Shown piece by piece: positions 36,068 through 45,993 of a stretch of DNA of 64,000 nt; the first letter of the stretch is position 1, and every line of letters begins with the position of its first letter. The stretch is from positions 221,414 to 285,413 of the forward strand of contig JACOYR010000001.1 in assembly GCA_016181765.1 (NCBI GenBank), given 5' to 3'. This DNA comes from Parcubacteria group bacterium (GTDB lineage: Bacteria; Patescibacteriota; Patescibacteriia; UBA2169). The position numbers and the translations under genes were made by a program. Under the pieces are notes generated by a model. That model searched no databases, had not been told where the DNA came from, and saw only the letters and a list, made by a program, of their open reading frames with translations.

Positions 36068-36748
36068 CTATGCCACACCCAGGCGCTCAAACAAACACCG
36101 CACAATCTCATCTTTCTTTTGCGCATCAATTTTGCCGGGCACCTCAACCCCGAACACTCTTTTGACCACTCCTTGACGTATCAGCCATGTCTCAAGCGGG
36201 CCCACCGGCGTGCCGTCTGAACCCGTGCGCGGCCGGTACCCGTCAACAAACTCAAAACCGAGGTACTCGTCTTCCGGATCATCAATGCCGGAAAAGAGCT
36301 CAACGCCGCATGAGGTAACCGCATCCCGCATGGCCGAGAGCTCCAAATCCGAAAACGCGCCTGTATCGTACAAATAGAACTGCTCTTGGCTGGGATCCTC
36401 ATGGAAAGAGATGCACGTATCCATCTTGCATTGGTTGAGCAGGGCCATGACTGCCTGCGCCTCCTGGCAATCGGTTCCATCAATGAACTGCCGGTTGATG
36501 TCTTTGTCGCGGTAGTTGGCCCGAGATCGCGAAGCGACCGAGGACGGGCTCACCTCGGGAATGTACAAAAAATCCGGCAATGCCTGTTCCAGTGAGTCAA
36601 TGGCCTTATGCACCGAATCAATCACCTCAAACTCATCCCCGTGCGCGCCGGAGAGCAGTAACAGACCGGGGTTTTCCCCTCGGACATAGTAGGGAAGCTC
36701 AACTGACTTGTGCTTATAGGCGCGCTTTTCCATAGCGTTTGATTGCAT
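36068..36748 (-). CDS. succinylglutamate desuccinylase/aspartoacylase (AstE/AspA, M14-like) family protein
   Basis: SGAHGDE zinc-binding motif near the N-terminus. Confidence 0.55.
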   Translation of the reverse strand: MQSNAMEKRAYKHKSVELPYYVRGENPGLLLLSGAHGDEFEVIDSVHKAIDSLEQALPDFLYIPEVSPSSVASRSRANYRDKDINRQFIDGTDCQEAQAVMALLNQCKMDTCISFHEDPSQEQFYLYDTGAFSDLELSAMRDAVTSCGVELFSGIDDPEDEYLGFEFVDGYRPRTGSDGTPVGPLETWLIRQGVVKRVFGVEVPGKIDAQKKDEIVRCLFERLGVA

Positions 36749-37181
36749 AGTATATCATCAACCCCGCGAAAGCGGCAATCACCATGCTCCCGAGAACATC
36801 AATGCCGTGGTGAACTCCGGCAAGCACGCGCGATGCGCCCGAGACCGCGGTTATGAGCGCGAGCGCGGTACCGAGCTTTTTATTAAACGGAAATACCGCG
36901 GCCGCAATGGCGGCGGCGAACAGCGTATGGTCCGACGGGAAGCCATTGTCCGGCGCATGCGGTATAAGCGGGACAACATCGTTCTGTACGAACGGCCGGG
37001 GATTATAGTAGAAGCGCTGCAGCAGTCGGCCAACCAGGTACGCGGTTGGCAGGAGCATGCCGCCGAACAGCAGCATGCGCTTTTGGACGCTCCGGGGCTG
37101 TGTTGCGAAAAACAACAGCCCGAGCGCGGGAATGAACAAAAAAAGATACGCGCTTCCGAAAATAATCAGCTGGTCTGCCAT
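36714..37181 (-). CDS. PAP2-family phosphatase (membrane)
   Basis: PSDHT and SRV...GVHHGID PAP2 motifs; start MADQLIIF (ATG 37179-37181) overlaps the ATPase stop by 16 nt. Confidence 0.7.
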   Translation of the reverse strand: MADQLIIFGSAYLFLFIPALGLLFFATQPRSVQKRMLLFGGMLLPTAYLVGRLLQRFYYNPRPFVQNDVVPLIPHAPDNGFPSDHTLFAAAIAAAVFPFNKKLGTALALITAVSGASRVLAGVHHGIDVLGSMVIAAFAGLMIYYAIKRYGKARL

Positions 37182-39937
37182 AGGTTGGGCGAGCTGCGGC
37201 GCTGGGCGATAAAGCAGTGTTTCGCAATTTCTATCAACGCGATAACCCACGCGCACGCGAACAGAATGAGCAGCCAGTCCGAAAGCCCGAGCGGAACCGT
37301 GCGCAGAAAGGTTTGGAAAAACGGCGCATAGATGCCGATGAACTGGACCGCGAATCCGGCGCCCACGGCCGCGATGAGCCAACGGTTGGTGAAGAAATCT
37401 GTTTCAAAAATGGAATGCCGCAGGCTCCTCACCGAGAACACGTACAAGAGCGACTCAACCCCGATTGCCGTAAACGCCACCGTGCGCGCCCGGTCCAGGT
37501 CCTTGGTCGTCTTCCAGATGAGGTAGAAGAGCCCCAGGGTCGCAACTGACGTAATGGCGCTGATGAAAAAGATGAGAAACGTGCGCTCAAAATCCAGGAT
37601 CGGCTCATTCCGTTCGCGCGGCGGCTCATCCATGATTTCGGGCTCTTCGGGCTCAAGGGTGAGCGCGAGATCCGGAAACCCGTCCGTCACCAGGTTGATC
37701 CACAAAATCTGGGCCGCGAGAATGGGCAGAGGCCAGCCCGCGAGCATGCCGAACACAATGACCGCCATCTCCGTAAAGCTGTTTGAGAGCAGGTAGAGCG
37801 TAACTTTGCGGATGTTGTCAAAAATCACCCTGCCCTCCCGCACGGCCGCCACAATGGTGGCAAAATTATTGTCCAAGAGCACCAGGTCCGCGGTTTCCTT
37901 GGCGACGTCCGTGCCGCTGCCGAGCGCAACCCCGATGTCCGCTTTCGCGAGCGCGGGCGCGTCGTTGACCCCGTCTCCGGTCATGGCAACAGTCTGCCCG
38001 TTCTTCTGCAGAGCCGCGATGATGCGAAGCTTGTCCGTGGGCGTGGCGCGCGAGAACACTTTGGCTTTTTTTACGAGGCGCGCAAGTTCCGAATCCGAAA
38101 TACTCGCCAGCCGCTCGCCGTCAATCACCTCATCTTCCGCGGGTTTGAATCCGAGCTCGCGGGCGATTGCGAGCGCCGTGTGCCGGTTGTCGCCCGTGAT
38201 GATGATGGTTTGGATGCCAGCCGCGGCCGTGCGCCTGATGGTCTCTTCCGCTTCCGGGCGCAGGGGGTCTTTGATCCCCCAAAATCCGGTAAACACGGCA
38301 GCCGTGTTGTACCGCGGCAGTTCATCAAACGTGGATACAGCCGCCGGAACTGCCTTGTAGGCTCCGGCAAGGAGCCGCAGGCCGTCCCCGGAAAGCTTCT
38401 CGTAGAGCGCGAGCAACGCCTTGCGCTTCCGGGGCGTTATCTTCTTGGCTGATGCTCCGTCCTGGTAGCGCTCGCACATGGAGAGGATCCGCTCGGGAGC
38501 GCCCTTGAGGTACACCAAGCGCTGCTTGCTCGTCCATGCGTTGAGCGTTGCCATGTACTTTTTGCGGGAATCAAACGGAACCTCGTCAAACCGTGGCCGG
38601 GGTTCGTGCAGGTCCGCTTCCTGGAAATCCCCGTCAACCGCGGAAAGCAGGATGGCGCGCTCCGTGGGGCTGCCCACCACGATTTGCTCGCGCAGTTCTT
38701 CCTCTTGGGTCGCCTTCTCGCTCTCCGCGCTTGCGACCACCGCGTTGTTGCAGTACACCGCAATCTGGTTGAGGCGCTTGATCTCAAGCGCGCCGGCCTG
38801 GAGCCGCTTGGGATCAGCCGCTTTCGTGCCGCCCACGCCGTCGTGGTTCTCGGTTTCTGTGTGCACCACGCGCATCTCCCCCACGGTGACGGTGCCGGTT
38901 TTGTCCGCGCAGATGACATTGGTTGATCCGAGCGTTTCCGCGGCAACCAGCTTGCGCACGAGCGACCCCTTCTTGAGGATGCGCTGCATGCCGATGGTCA
39001 AGATGACTGTCACTTCAACCACCAAGCCTTCGGGAATCACGGCAACTGCCACGGCCACGGCAATCACGAACATCTCCGTAAAACTGTACTCATAGGCAAG
39101 CCCCACGCCGAGCAACAAGGCGGAAAGTCCGAGCACCAAGAGGCCAAGCCTGCGGCTGAACGAATCAAAACGCTCCTGCAGCGGAGTGCGCACCTCTTTT
39201 GTTTCTTTGACCAGGGAAGCGATTTTGCCGATTTCAGTCGCTTTGCCGATTGCGGCCACCGCGAACCGACCGTGCCCTTCGGTGACCACGGTTCCCGCAA
39301 ACACCATGTTGTGCTGGTCCGCGAGCGAGAGCTCGCCCGCGAGTGCGCGGTCAACTTTTTCAACCGCCTCGCTCTCCCCGGTTAACGCGGCTTCGCTTAT
39401 TTTGAGGTGCTCGGCGGACAGGAGCCTGCCGTCCGCGGTAATTTTATCCCCTGCCGAGAGCACCACAATGTCCCCGGGCACGAGCTCGGCCGAGAAAATT
39501 TTGCGCTCCTGGCTGTCGCGGATCACCCACACCTCGTGCGTGACGATTTTTTTAAGGCTTGCCAAAGCGCGCTGCGCTTTGTACTCCTGGAAAAATCCGA
39601 CAATGACGTTTATGGCGACTGCCGCAAAAATAACGTACGAATCAATGCGGTCTCCGAGGGCCAGGCTCGCCGCGGCCGCCGCGAGCAGGATGTACGTAAG
39701 CGAGCTCTTGAACTGCCGGATAAAAACCACGAGGAGCGGCACAGGCGGCTCCTCCGGAAGCGCGTTCTCTCCGTGCTTTTCTTGCCGCTCTAAAACCTGC
39801 TTTTGGGTGAGCCCGTGCTTTGCGGAACCGAGCTTGTCCAGGGCGCTCTCAATGCCAAGGCAGTACCACTCCTCCTTGTGGCGGGGGGGTGGCACTATTT
39901 TTACGTCCTCAATCTTTTTGATTTCTTTTTCCGGCAT
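37166..39937 (-). CDS. P-type cation-transporting ATPase (P2-type, Ca2+/Mg2+-like)
   Basis: ICADKTGTVT phosphorylation motif, TGDGVNDAPAL, about 10 TM helices, 923 aa. Confidence 0.85.
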   Translation of the reverse strand: MPEKEIKKIEDVKIVPPPRHKEEWYCLGIESALDKLGSAKHGLTQKQVLERQEKHGENALPEEPPVPLLVVFIRQFKSSLTYILLAAAAASLALGDRIDSYVIFAAVAINVIVGFFQEYKAQRALASLKKIVTHEVWVIRDSQERKIFSAELVPGDIVVLSAGDKITADGRLLSAEHLKISEAALTGESEAVEKVDRALAGELSLADQHNMVFAGTVVTEGHGRFAVAAIGKATEIGKIASLVKETKEVRTPLQERFDSFSRRLGLLVLGLSALLLGVGLAYEYSFTEMFVIAVAVAVAVIPEGLVVEVTVILTIGMQRILKKGSLVRKLVAAETLGSTNVICADKTGTVTVGEMRVVHTETENHDGVGGTKAADPKRLQAGALEIKRLNQIAVYCNNAVVASAESEKATQEEELREQIVVGSPTERAILLSAVDGDFQEADLHEPRPRFDEVPFDSRKKYMATLNAWTSKQRLVYLKGAPERILSMCERYQDGASAKKITPRKRKALLALYEKLSGDGLRLLAGAYKAVPAAVSTFDELPRYNTAAVFTGFWGIKDPLRPEAEETIRRTAAAGIQTIIITGDNRHTALAIARELGFKPAEDEVIDGERLASISDSELARLVKKAKVFSRATPTDKLRIIAALQKNGQTVAMTGDGVNDAPALAKADIGVALGSGTDVAKETADLVLLDNNFATIVAAVREGRVIFDNIRKVTLYLLSNSFTEMAVIVFGMLAGWPLPILAAQILWINLVTDGFPDLALTLEPEEPEIMDEPPRERNEPILDFERTFLIFFISAITSVATLGLFYLIWKTTKDLDRARTVAFTAIGVESLLYVFSVRSLRHSIFETDFFTNRWLIAAVGAGFAVQFIGIYAPFFQTFLRTVPLGLSDWLLILFACAWVIALIEIAKHCFIAQRRSSPNLWQTS

Positions 39938-40078
39938 CTGTATGTTCTCTTTTTTTACAAATTTTTGCTTGGGCTAAGCGAAGTGAAGTTAAGCGAAAAT
40001 TTGAGAGGGGCAACAAAACGGAACCTGGAATGGCCTCGCGCAGCGAGGGCATGAAAGGTGGAGTTTTGTATGACCCGA

Positions 40079-40154
40079 TGGTGCGCCCAGAGGGATTCGG
40101 ACCCCCGACCATCTCCTTAAAAGGGAGCTGCTCTACCAACTGAGCTATGGGCGC
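40079..40154 (-). tRNA. tRNA-Lys (anticodon TTT)
   Basis: Acceptor GCGCCCA/TGGGCGC, anticodon loop CTTTTAA, T-arm GGGGG-TCCGAAT-CCCTC, CCA encoded. Confidence 0.75.
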
Positions 40155-40377
40155 GCGTCAGAGTCGGGACTATTGTAATTTAAGACGTAATTACGATACC
40201 AGATAAATACGACTTTGGCAAGCTGGTTTGATTGATTTATCTGGATATTTTAGGTAGGATGACTGTGCCGAAAAAAAGGCCTGCAATAGCTCGCCGGAGG
40301 GACCGCGCAGGCTGTTTTGGTTCTTTGACAACAGAACCCCATCTCACACCCCAACAACCCTCTAAAGGAGCAGCGAA

Positions 40378-41823
40378 ATGACCGACGTAGAAGGGCTTGA
40401 CCTGGAGCTCCCCGGCAATCACCGGTACCAGCCAGCAGAACTCCAGCCCATTCTGGGCTACGACAAGCTCTACTGGGGACTGGCTGAAGTTGAACTCGCA
40501 GCCCTGGACGTGCTGCACGAGATTGGCGTGATTCCGGATAGCGACTACGCGCACCTCACTGCTCCCGCCCGCGACGGGCTCCGCGCCATCACCACCACTG
40601 CAGTGGATGAAGAGGAGCGCAAAACGCGCCACGACGTCCGCGCCTGGGTGCGCCTGGCACAGAAAATCTTGCATCCGAACATAGGGCGTTGGGTGCATGT
40701 TCCCATGACCAGCTATGACCCCCTGGACACGGGCCGGGCGTGGCTCTACCGAAAAGCGCACGCCGAGGCAATCCGGCCCGCGCTCCTGGAAGTCATCCGC
40801 CTGTTTGCCGCCCGAACCCGCGAACTGGCGAACCAGGTCCAGATCGGCAGAACCCACGGCCAGCACGCGCTGCCTATTACCGTAGGGTTCTGGCTCGCGA
40901 CCATCCTCCACCGTATAGTGTACAACGCGCAGAAGCTGGACCTGCATGCCAGCGAGCTGGTCGGAAAGATTTCCGGCCCGGTCGGCGCGTACAACGCCCA
41001 GGCACACCTCGGCATTGCCGAGCGATGCGGCCAACAGACGTTTGAGGAACGGGTGTTGGGTAAACTTGGGCTGAAACCCGCTCCCATCAGCACGCAGATC
41101 GCGCCGCCGGATCCGCTCGCCTACTTCCTTTTCTCTGCAGCGCTCGTGACGCAGAACATCGCCCAGTTTGGCAGGGACTGCAGGCAGCTGATGCGAACCG
41201 AAATCGGTGAGATCACGGAACGTAAGGAAGCCGGCACAGTCGGGTCTTCGTCCATGCCGCACAAGACAAATCCCATCAGCTACGAAAACTGCGAGGGGAT
41301 GTGGCTCAAGACCATCGGGCAACTCGTGGTGTTCTGCAGTGCCATGATCAGCGAACACCAGCGCGACCTGGTGAACAGCGGCCCGGCCCGCGATTTCCCG
41401 GCCATCCTCGTCAATCTCATGCACCAGCTCAGCACGCTGATCCGCAAGGACCGCGCGACCAAGCGACCGTTCATCACGCGCCTCACGATAGACGCCGAAG
41501 CATGCGCGCGCAATCTGCATCTGCGGAGTAATGTGATACTCGCCGAGCCGCTCTACGTGGCCCTGCTCATCGGCGGCTACCAGGGTGACGCGCACGGGCT
41601 TCTGAATGACGAACTCGTGCCGATCGCCTTCCAATCGAACCGAGCGCTCATTGATGTTGTTCTGGAACGGGCACAGGGCGATGAAGCGCTCGCGCGGGCG
41701 GTAGAGGAATTCCCAGCCGGCTCGCTTGACATGTTCCGCAGCCCCGAAACCTACACCGGCAGCGCCGCTGAAAAAGCGCTCCAAATCGCAGATGCGGCAG
41801 AAGCGTTCGCAACTGCCGTGTAG
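40378..41823 (+). CDS. purB: adenylosuccinate lyase
   Basis: Fumarate-lyase signature GSSSMPHKTNP; 481 aa; preceded by TTGACA and an AAAGGAG SD, unlike most genes here. Confidence 0.8.
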   Translation: MTDVEGLDLELPGNHRYQPAELQPILGYDKLYWGLAEVELAALDVLHEIGVIPDSDYAHLTAPARDGLRAITTTAVDEEERKTRHDVRAWVRLAQKILHPNIGRWVHVPMTSYDPLDTGRAWLYRKAHAEAIRPALLEVIRLFAARTRELANQVQIGRTHGQHALPITVGFWLATILHRIVYNAQKLDLHASELVGKISGPVGAYNAQAHLGIAERCGQQTFEERVLGKLGLKPAPISTQIAPPDPLAYFLFSAALVTQNIAQFGRDCRQLMRTEIGEITERKEAGTVGSSSMPHKTNPISYENCEGMWLKTIGQLVVFCSAMISEHQRDLVNSGPARDFPAILVNLMHQLSTLIRKDRATKRPFITRLTIDAEACARNLHLRSNVILAEPLYVALLIGGYQGDAHGLLNDELVPIAFQSNRALIDVVLERAQGDEALARAVEEFPAGSLDMFRSPETYTGSAAEKALQIADAAEAFATAV

Positions 41824-41853
41824 TCCCGCACCCAACCAGAGGAGAACCGCACC

Positions 41854-42843
41854 GTGATCTCACGAGATGTCATCCGAGCCCAGCTCGGGAACTGCCTGGA
41901 AGATGCCTGGTTTCGCTGGACAACGCACTATACCCGCGGCAAGGTGCGCGACATGTATCCTCTGCCGGCAAGCCAGGATATGCCTGAACGGCGCGTCATC
42001 ATCGCCACAGACCGGCAGAGTGCGCACGACCACATTGTCGGCACTATTCCCTTCTACGGACAGGTCCGGAACCAAATCGCGCTGTGGTGGTTCAGCCGCA
42101 CCGACGACATCGTGCCCAACGCCGTGCTCGCGGCACCGGATGAGAACGTAGTGGTCATGGAGGAGTTGATCATGTTCCCGGTGGAGATGGTGGTGCGGGC
42201 ATGCCTCACGGGCAGCTCAAGCACGGCCATCTGGACCCACTACAACAACGGCGAGCGTATCTTCTGCGGTCACCGCCTGCCCGACGGCATGGTAAAGAAC
42301 CAGCCCCTGCCCATGGGCAGCATCATCACCCCGAGCACCAAGGCAGAGGACGGGCACGATAAGTCCATCTCCGACGAAGAGGTGCTCGCGCACGGCCTGG
42401 TTGATCCGGATACCTGGGATCAGCTCGCCGCAATGGCGCTCGCGCTGTTCGCGCGCGGCCAGAAGCTCGCCGAGGAGCGCGGGCTCATCCTGGTGGACAC
42501 CAAGTACGAATTCGGCGAGACTGCAGACGGCCTCATCATGATCGCGGACGAGATCCACACCCCGGATTCGTCGCGCTACTGGGTGCGGGCAACCTACGAA
42601 GAACGACTCCGGAGGGACGAGGAGCCCGAGAGCTTGGACAAGGAGCCGCTCCGCATTTGGCTCAAAGAGCAAGGCATCTCGGACGACCATGTGCCAGAAC
42701 TGACCGACGACATTCGGATCGAGATGGCCCAACGGTACATCGCGCTCTTTGAACGCATAACCGGCGAAACGTTCGTTCCGCCGGACGCGGATATGTCAAT
42801 AAGGGAACGAATCGAGGAGGCAATCACGCCGTTCATGTTTTGA
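41854..42843 (+). CDS. purC: phosphoribosylaminoimidazole-succinocarboxamide synthase (SAICAR synthetase)
   Basis: GKVRDMY, LVDTKYEFG and DSSRYW motifs; GTG start (ORF track translates it as M) after a GAGGAG SD. Confidence 0.8.
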   Translation: MISRDVIRAQLGNCLEDAWFRWTTHYTRGKVRDMYPLPASQDMPERRVIIATDRQSAHDHIVGTIPFYGQVRNQIALWWFSRTDDIVPNAVLAAPDENVVVMEELIMFPVEMVVRACLTGSSSTAIWTHYNNGERIFCGHRLPDGMVKNQPLPMGSIITPSTKAEDGHDKSISDEEVLAHGLVDPDTWDQLAAMALALFARGQKLAEERGLILVDTKYEFGETADGLIMIADEIHTPDSSRYWVRATYEERLRRDEEPESLDKEPLRIWLKEQGISDDHVPELTDDIRIEMAQRYIALFERITGETFVPPDADMSIRERIEEAITPFMF

Positions 42844-42947
42844 CACTGCCGGGCACTATGCCTGGTCGGTACCTGGGCGCGCAGCAACATCCCGCTGCGT
42901 GCCCTCTTTTTTATTACGTGATACAATACTAATCCCAACCCCCTCTT

Positions 42948-43066
42948 AGTCTCCCCCTTATATATCACCCCAGAAATGCCTTCGGCAGTTTCTGGGGACC
43001 CCGAGTAAAGGGGGAGAAACTAGGATGATGACCCCCCTCTAGCTCCCCCCTGAATACAGGGGGGAG
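42948..43066 (+). promoter_or_regulatory. highly structured repeat-rich leader upstream of the 43077 ORF
   Basis: Nested hairpin tctccccctt...(ccccagaaa-tgccttcggca-tttctgggg)...aagggggaga; duplicated gggggagaaactaggatgatg / ggggggagaaccaggattatg modules; palindrome ctcccccc-tgaataca-ggggggag at 43043-43066. Confidence 0.55.
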
Positions 43067-43076
43067 AACCAGGATT

Positions 43077-43370
43077 ATGAACTTCACCATCCAAAACCCA
43101 TCCACCCACTCCCGCAACCTCCTGCGAAGAGCAGGCTATGCCCTGCACGCGACCCGCGAGGGAAAAGTGAGCTATGTCAAACGGATCCACGGGGATGAGT
43201 ATCCCCGCTTCCATCTGTACGTGAATGACGAAAAGCCGGGCATCTCCATGGAGCTCTCTTTGCACTTGGATGAAAAGCGGCCCTCCTATGAGGGCCATAC
43301 CGCGCATTCAGGCGAATATGAAGGTCCACTGATAGAGCAGGAGCGGGACCGGATTCTGGGGACAATTTAA
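43077..43370 (+). CDS. hypothetical protein (97 aa)
   Basis: ORF with GGGGGGAG SD-like hairpin arm 10 nt upstream; no family recognised. Confidence 0.4.
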   Translation: MNFTIQNPSTHSRNLLRRAGYALHATREGKVSYVKRIHGDEYPRFHLYVNDEKPGISMELSLHLDEKRPSYEGHTAHSGEYEGPLIEQERDRILGTI

Positions 43371-43543
43371 GGAGGAGCCATATATGCGTACGATTCACCC
43401 AGGGTACGCCTGGCCGACAGCAATGTCGGATAGACGGGGGTTCCCTGCTGAATCGGGAGCATATGTGGCTCCGACACAAATGTGCACTTACTGTGCATAG
43501 GCCGTGAATTCCCCTATCACGCCAAAACAGATACAATACATAC

Positions 43544-45013
43544 ATGGCAGAACAAAGACTAACCACCAATACCGCCGAAAAACTGCCCCCGCAGAACCTG
43601 GAAGCCGAGCAATCCGTGCTCGGCTCCCTGCTGTTGGACCAAAACGCCGTCATCAGCATCGGCGATGCTCTGAAACCCGAAGATTTTTACAAAGAAACGC
43701 ACAAGGTGATTTACCAGGCAATGCTTTCTCTGTTTGAGCGCAGGGAACCCATTGACTTGCTGTCCTTGACGAACATCCTGAACGAACGGAAGCAGCTTGA
43801 GCTCGTGGGGGGCAGGGAGTATTTGATGGATTTGACGAACGCGGTGCCGAGCGCGGCAAACGTGGGGCACTATGCAACCATTGTGCGCAAGAAATCAACC
43901 CTGCGCAACCTCCTGTACGCGTCCCACCAAATCACCCAGCTCGGGTACGACGAATCCGATGACGTGGACGCAGTGCTGGACCAAGCAGAGCAAAAGCTCT
44001 TCGCCATTTCCCAGCGCTCCTTGCGCCAGAACTTCATCAGCATCAAGTCCGTCCTGCATGACACGTTTGAGCGCATTGAAAAGCTGCACCAGGGGGACGG
44101 CAGGCTGCGCGGCATCTCCACCGGGTTTTTTGATTTGGATGACAAGCTCTCGGGCTTGCAGGCCTCGGATTTGGTGGTGATCGCGGCACGGCCTTCGGTC
44201 GGGAAAACCTCGCTTGCCATGGACCTGGCGCGCCACATGGCGGTGGTTGAAAAAAAGAGTGTGGGCATCTTCAGCTTGGAAATGTCCAAAGAGCAGCTCG
44301 TGGACCGCCTGCTGTGCACCCAGGCAGGAGTTGAATTGTGGCGCATGCGCACGGGCAAGCTCTCCCAGTCACCGGAGCACGACGACTTCCCCCGCATCGG
44401 GCACGCCATGGGAGAGCTCTCTGAGGCCAACATCTTCATTGATGACGGCGCAAACGTAAACATCATGGAAATCCGCACCAAGGCGCGCCGCCTCGCCGCG
44501 GAGCAGGGAGTTGACTGCATCATCGTGGACTACTTGCAATTGATGGAGGGCCGCTCCAACCGGAACGGCGACAACCGCGTGCAGGAGGTTGCGGAAATCA
44601 CCCGCGCCCTTAAGTCCATTGCCCGCGAGCTCAACATCCCGGTGGTGGCGCTCTCCCAGCTCTCACGGGCCGTGGAGCAGCAGCAGGGCGCGGCAATCCC
44701 GCGCCTCGCGCATTTGCGCGAATCCGGCACCATTGAGCAGGACGCGGACGTGGTGCTCTTCATCTACCGCAAGTCAGCGGACCGCAAGTACCGCCCGGAG
44801 GAGCTCTCGGCCGAAGAGCGGCACCTTGCCGAAATCCACATCGCAAAGCACCGCAACGGCCCGACCGGGGTGATCAAGCTCTTCTTTAACGAGCAGCTGG
44901 TCAGCTTCCAGAACCTCGCAAAAGCCGGAAAACACGCGGACCCAGGGTACGCGCATGCTCCGGAACCTCCCCGGGCCGCGCCTGTTGACGAAGTTGACGT
45001 GCCTCCCTTCTAA
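43544..45013 (+). CDS. dnaB: replicative DNA helicase
   Basis: LPPQNLEAEQSVLGSLLLD N-domain; Walker A GARPSVGKTS; leaderless after GATACAAT. Confidence 0.9.
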   Translation: MAEQRLTTNTAEKLPPQNLEAEQSVLGSLLLDQNAVISIGDALKPEDFYKETHKVIYQAMLSLFERREPIDLLSLTNILNERKQLELVGGREYLMDLTNAVPSAANVGHYATIVRKKSTLRNLLYASHQITQLGYDESDDVDAVLDQAEQKLFAISQRSLRQNFISIKSVLHDTFERIEKLHQGDGRLRGISTGFFDLDDKLSGLQASDLVVIAARPSVGKTSLAMDLARHMAVVEKKSVGIFSLEMSKEQLVDRLLCTQAGVELWRMRTGKLSQSPEHDDFPRIGHAMGELSEANIFIDDGANVNIMEIRTKARRLAAEQGVDCIIVDYLQLMEGRSNRNGDNRVQEVAEITRALKSIARELNIPVVALSQLSRAVEQQQGAAIPRLAHLRESGTIEQDADVVLFIYRKSADRKYRPEELSAEERHLAEIHIAKHRNGPTGVIKLFFNEQLVSFQNLAKAGKHADPGYAHAPEPPRAAPVDEVDVPPF

Positions 45014-45029
45014 AGGGTAGAATCACGGT

Positions 45030-45341
45030 ATGTTCAACAAACTCAAACAATTCAAAGAGCTCCGAAGCCAGGCTAAAACTCTCCAAACCGCGCTCAAAGA
45101 AGAAACCGTCACCTGCGAAAAAGGCGGAGTCACCATCACCATGGACGGCAACCAGGACATCACGGCCGTTCTGGTGCGGCCTGATTTGCTCTCTTTGGGC
45201 CGGAAGCGCGATCTGGAGAATGCCATCAGAGATGCGAATGCCGCTGCCATAGAAAAGACCAAGCGCATCATGGCAAGAAAAATGCAGTCCATGGGAGGGT
45301 TTGACCAGTTTGGCTTGGGCGACAAAAAAATAGGGACATGA
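45030..45341 (+). CDS. ybaB: YbaB/EbfC-family nucleoid-associated protein
   Basis: 103 aa; MFNKLKQFKELRSQAKTLQ start typical of the family. Confidence 0.8.
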   Translation: MFNKLKQFKELRSQAKTLQTALKEETVTCEKGGVTITMDGNQDITAVLVRPDLLSLGRKRDLENAIRDANAAAIEKTKRIMARKMQSMGGFDQFGLGDKKIGT

Positions 45342-45354
45342 CCCATTTTCATCC

Positions 45355-45960
45355 ATGAGTTCCCTTCCCCCGTCAATCCAGAACCTGGTGGGCCACTTTA
45401 CGACCCTGCCGGGCATCGGGCCCAAGACCGCTGAAAAGCTGGTGTTTTTTTTATTGCGCACTCCGGCAAAAGAGCTGCACGATTTTGGAGAGGCGCTCGC
45501 GAGCATTGCCGACAACTTAAGCCTTTGCCGCGCGTGCCAGAACTTTACGGATGCGGAACTCTGCGCCATCTGCGCAAATCCCCGGCGGGACCAGGGAACC
45601 GTCTGCGTGGTTGCCGACCCCTTGGACTTGATCGCGCTTGAAGAAGCGCACGCGTTCCGCGGAGTCTACCATGTGCTCGGGCACAACATCAACCCCCTGG
45701 AAGGCATCACCCCCAATGACATTAGAATCCGCGAGCTGGTTCTGCGCATAGAAAAAGCAAACCCCCCGATTACCGAAGTGATTCTCGGGCTTGATGCGAA
45801 CAATGAGGGCGAAACCACGTCCTTGTACCTGGCTCGGCTTTTGAAACAGTACCCCGTAAAGGTAACCCGCATCGGCAAGGGATTGCCCCAGGGAAGCGAC
45901 ATGGAGTATGCGGACTCCGTGACGTTGAGCAACGCGCTTCTCGGCCGGCGCGAAATCTAA
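45355..45960 (+). CDS. recR: recombination protein RecR
   Basis: LPGIGPKTAEKL HhH motif, C4 zinc finger CRACQNFTDAELCAIC, and a Toprim domain. Confidence 0.9.
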   Translation: MSSLPPSIQNLVGHFTTLPGIGPKTAEKLVFFLLRTPAKELHDFGEALASIADNLSLCRACQNFTDAELCAICANPRRDQGTVCVVADPLDLIALEEAHAFRGVYHVLGHNINPLEGITPNDIRIRELVLRIEKANPPITEVILGLDANNEGETTSLYLARLLKQYPVKVTRIGKGLPQGSDMEYADSVTLSNALLGRREI

Positions 45961-45993
45961 AACAGCCCCGCGGGTAGCGGTGGGCTGTTTTTA
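45961..45993. terminator. bidirectional terminator between recR and rplU
   Basis: aacagccc-cgcgggtagcggt-gggctgtt then ttt. Confidence 0.65.

Noticed and set aside
40378-42843. GC-content anomaly of the purB-purC region as HGT evidence
   Set aside because: Spot counts (~62-63%) are not distinguishable from neighbouring genes (ATPase ~62%, dnaB ~57%). Only the promoter and SD style and gene content, not composition, set the pair apart.
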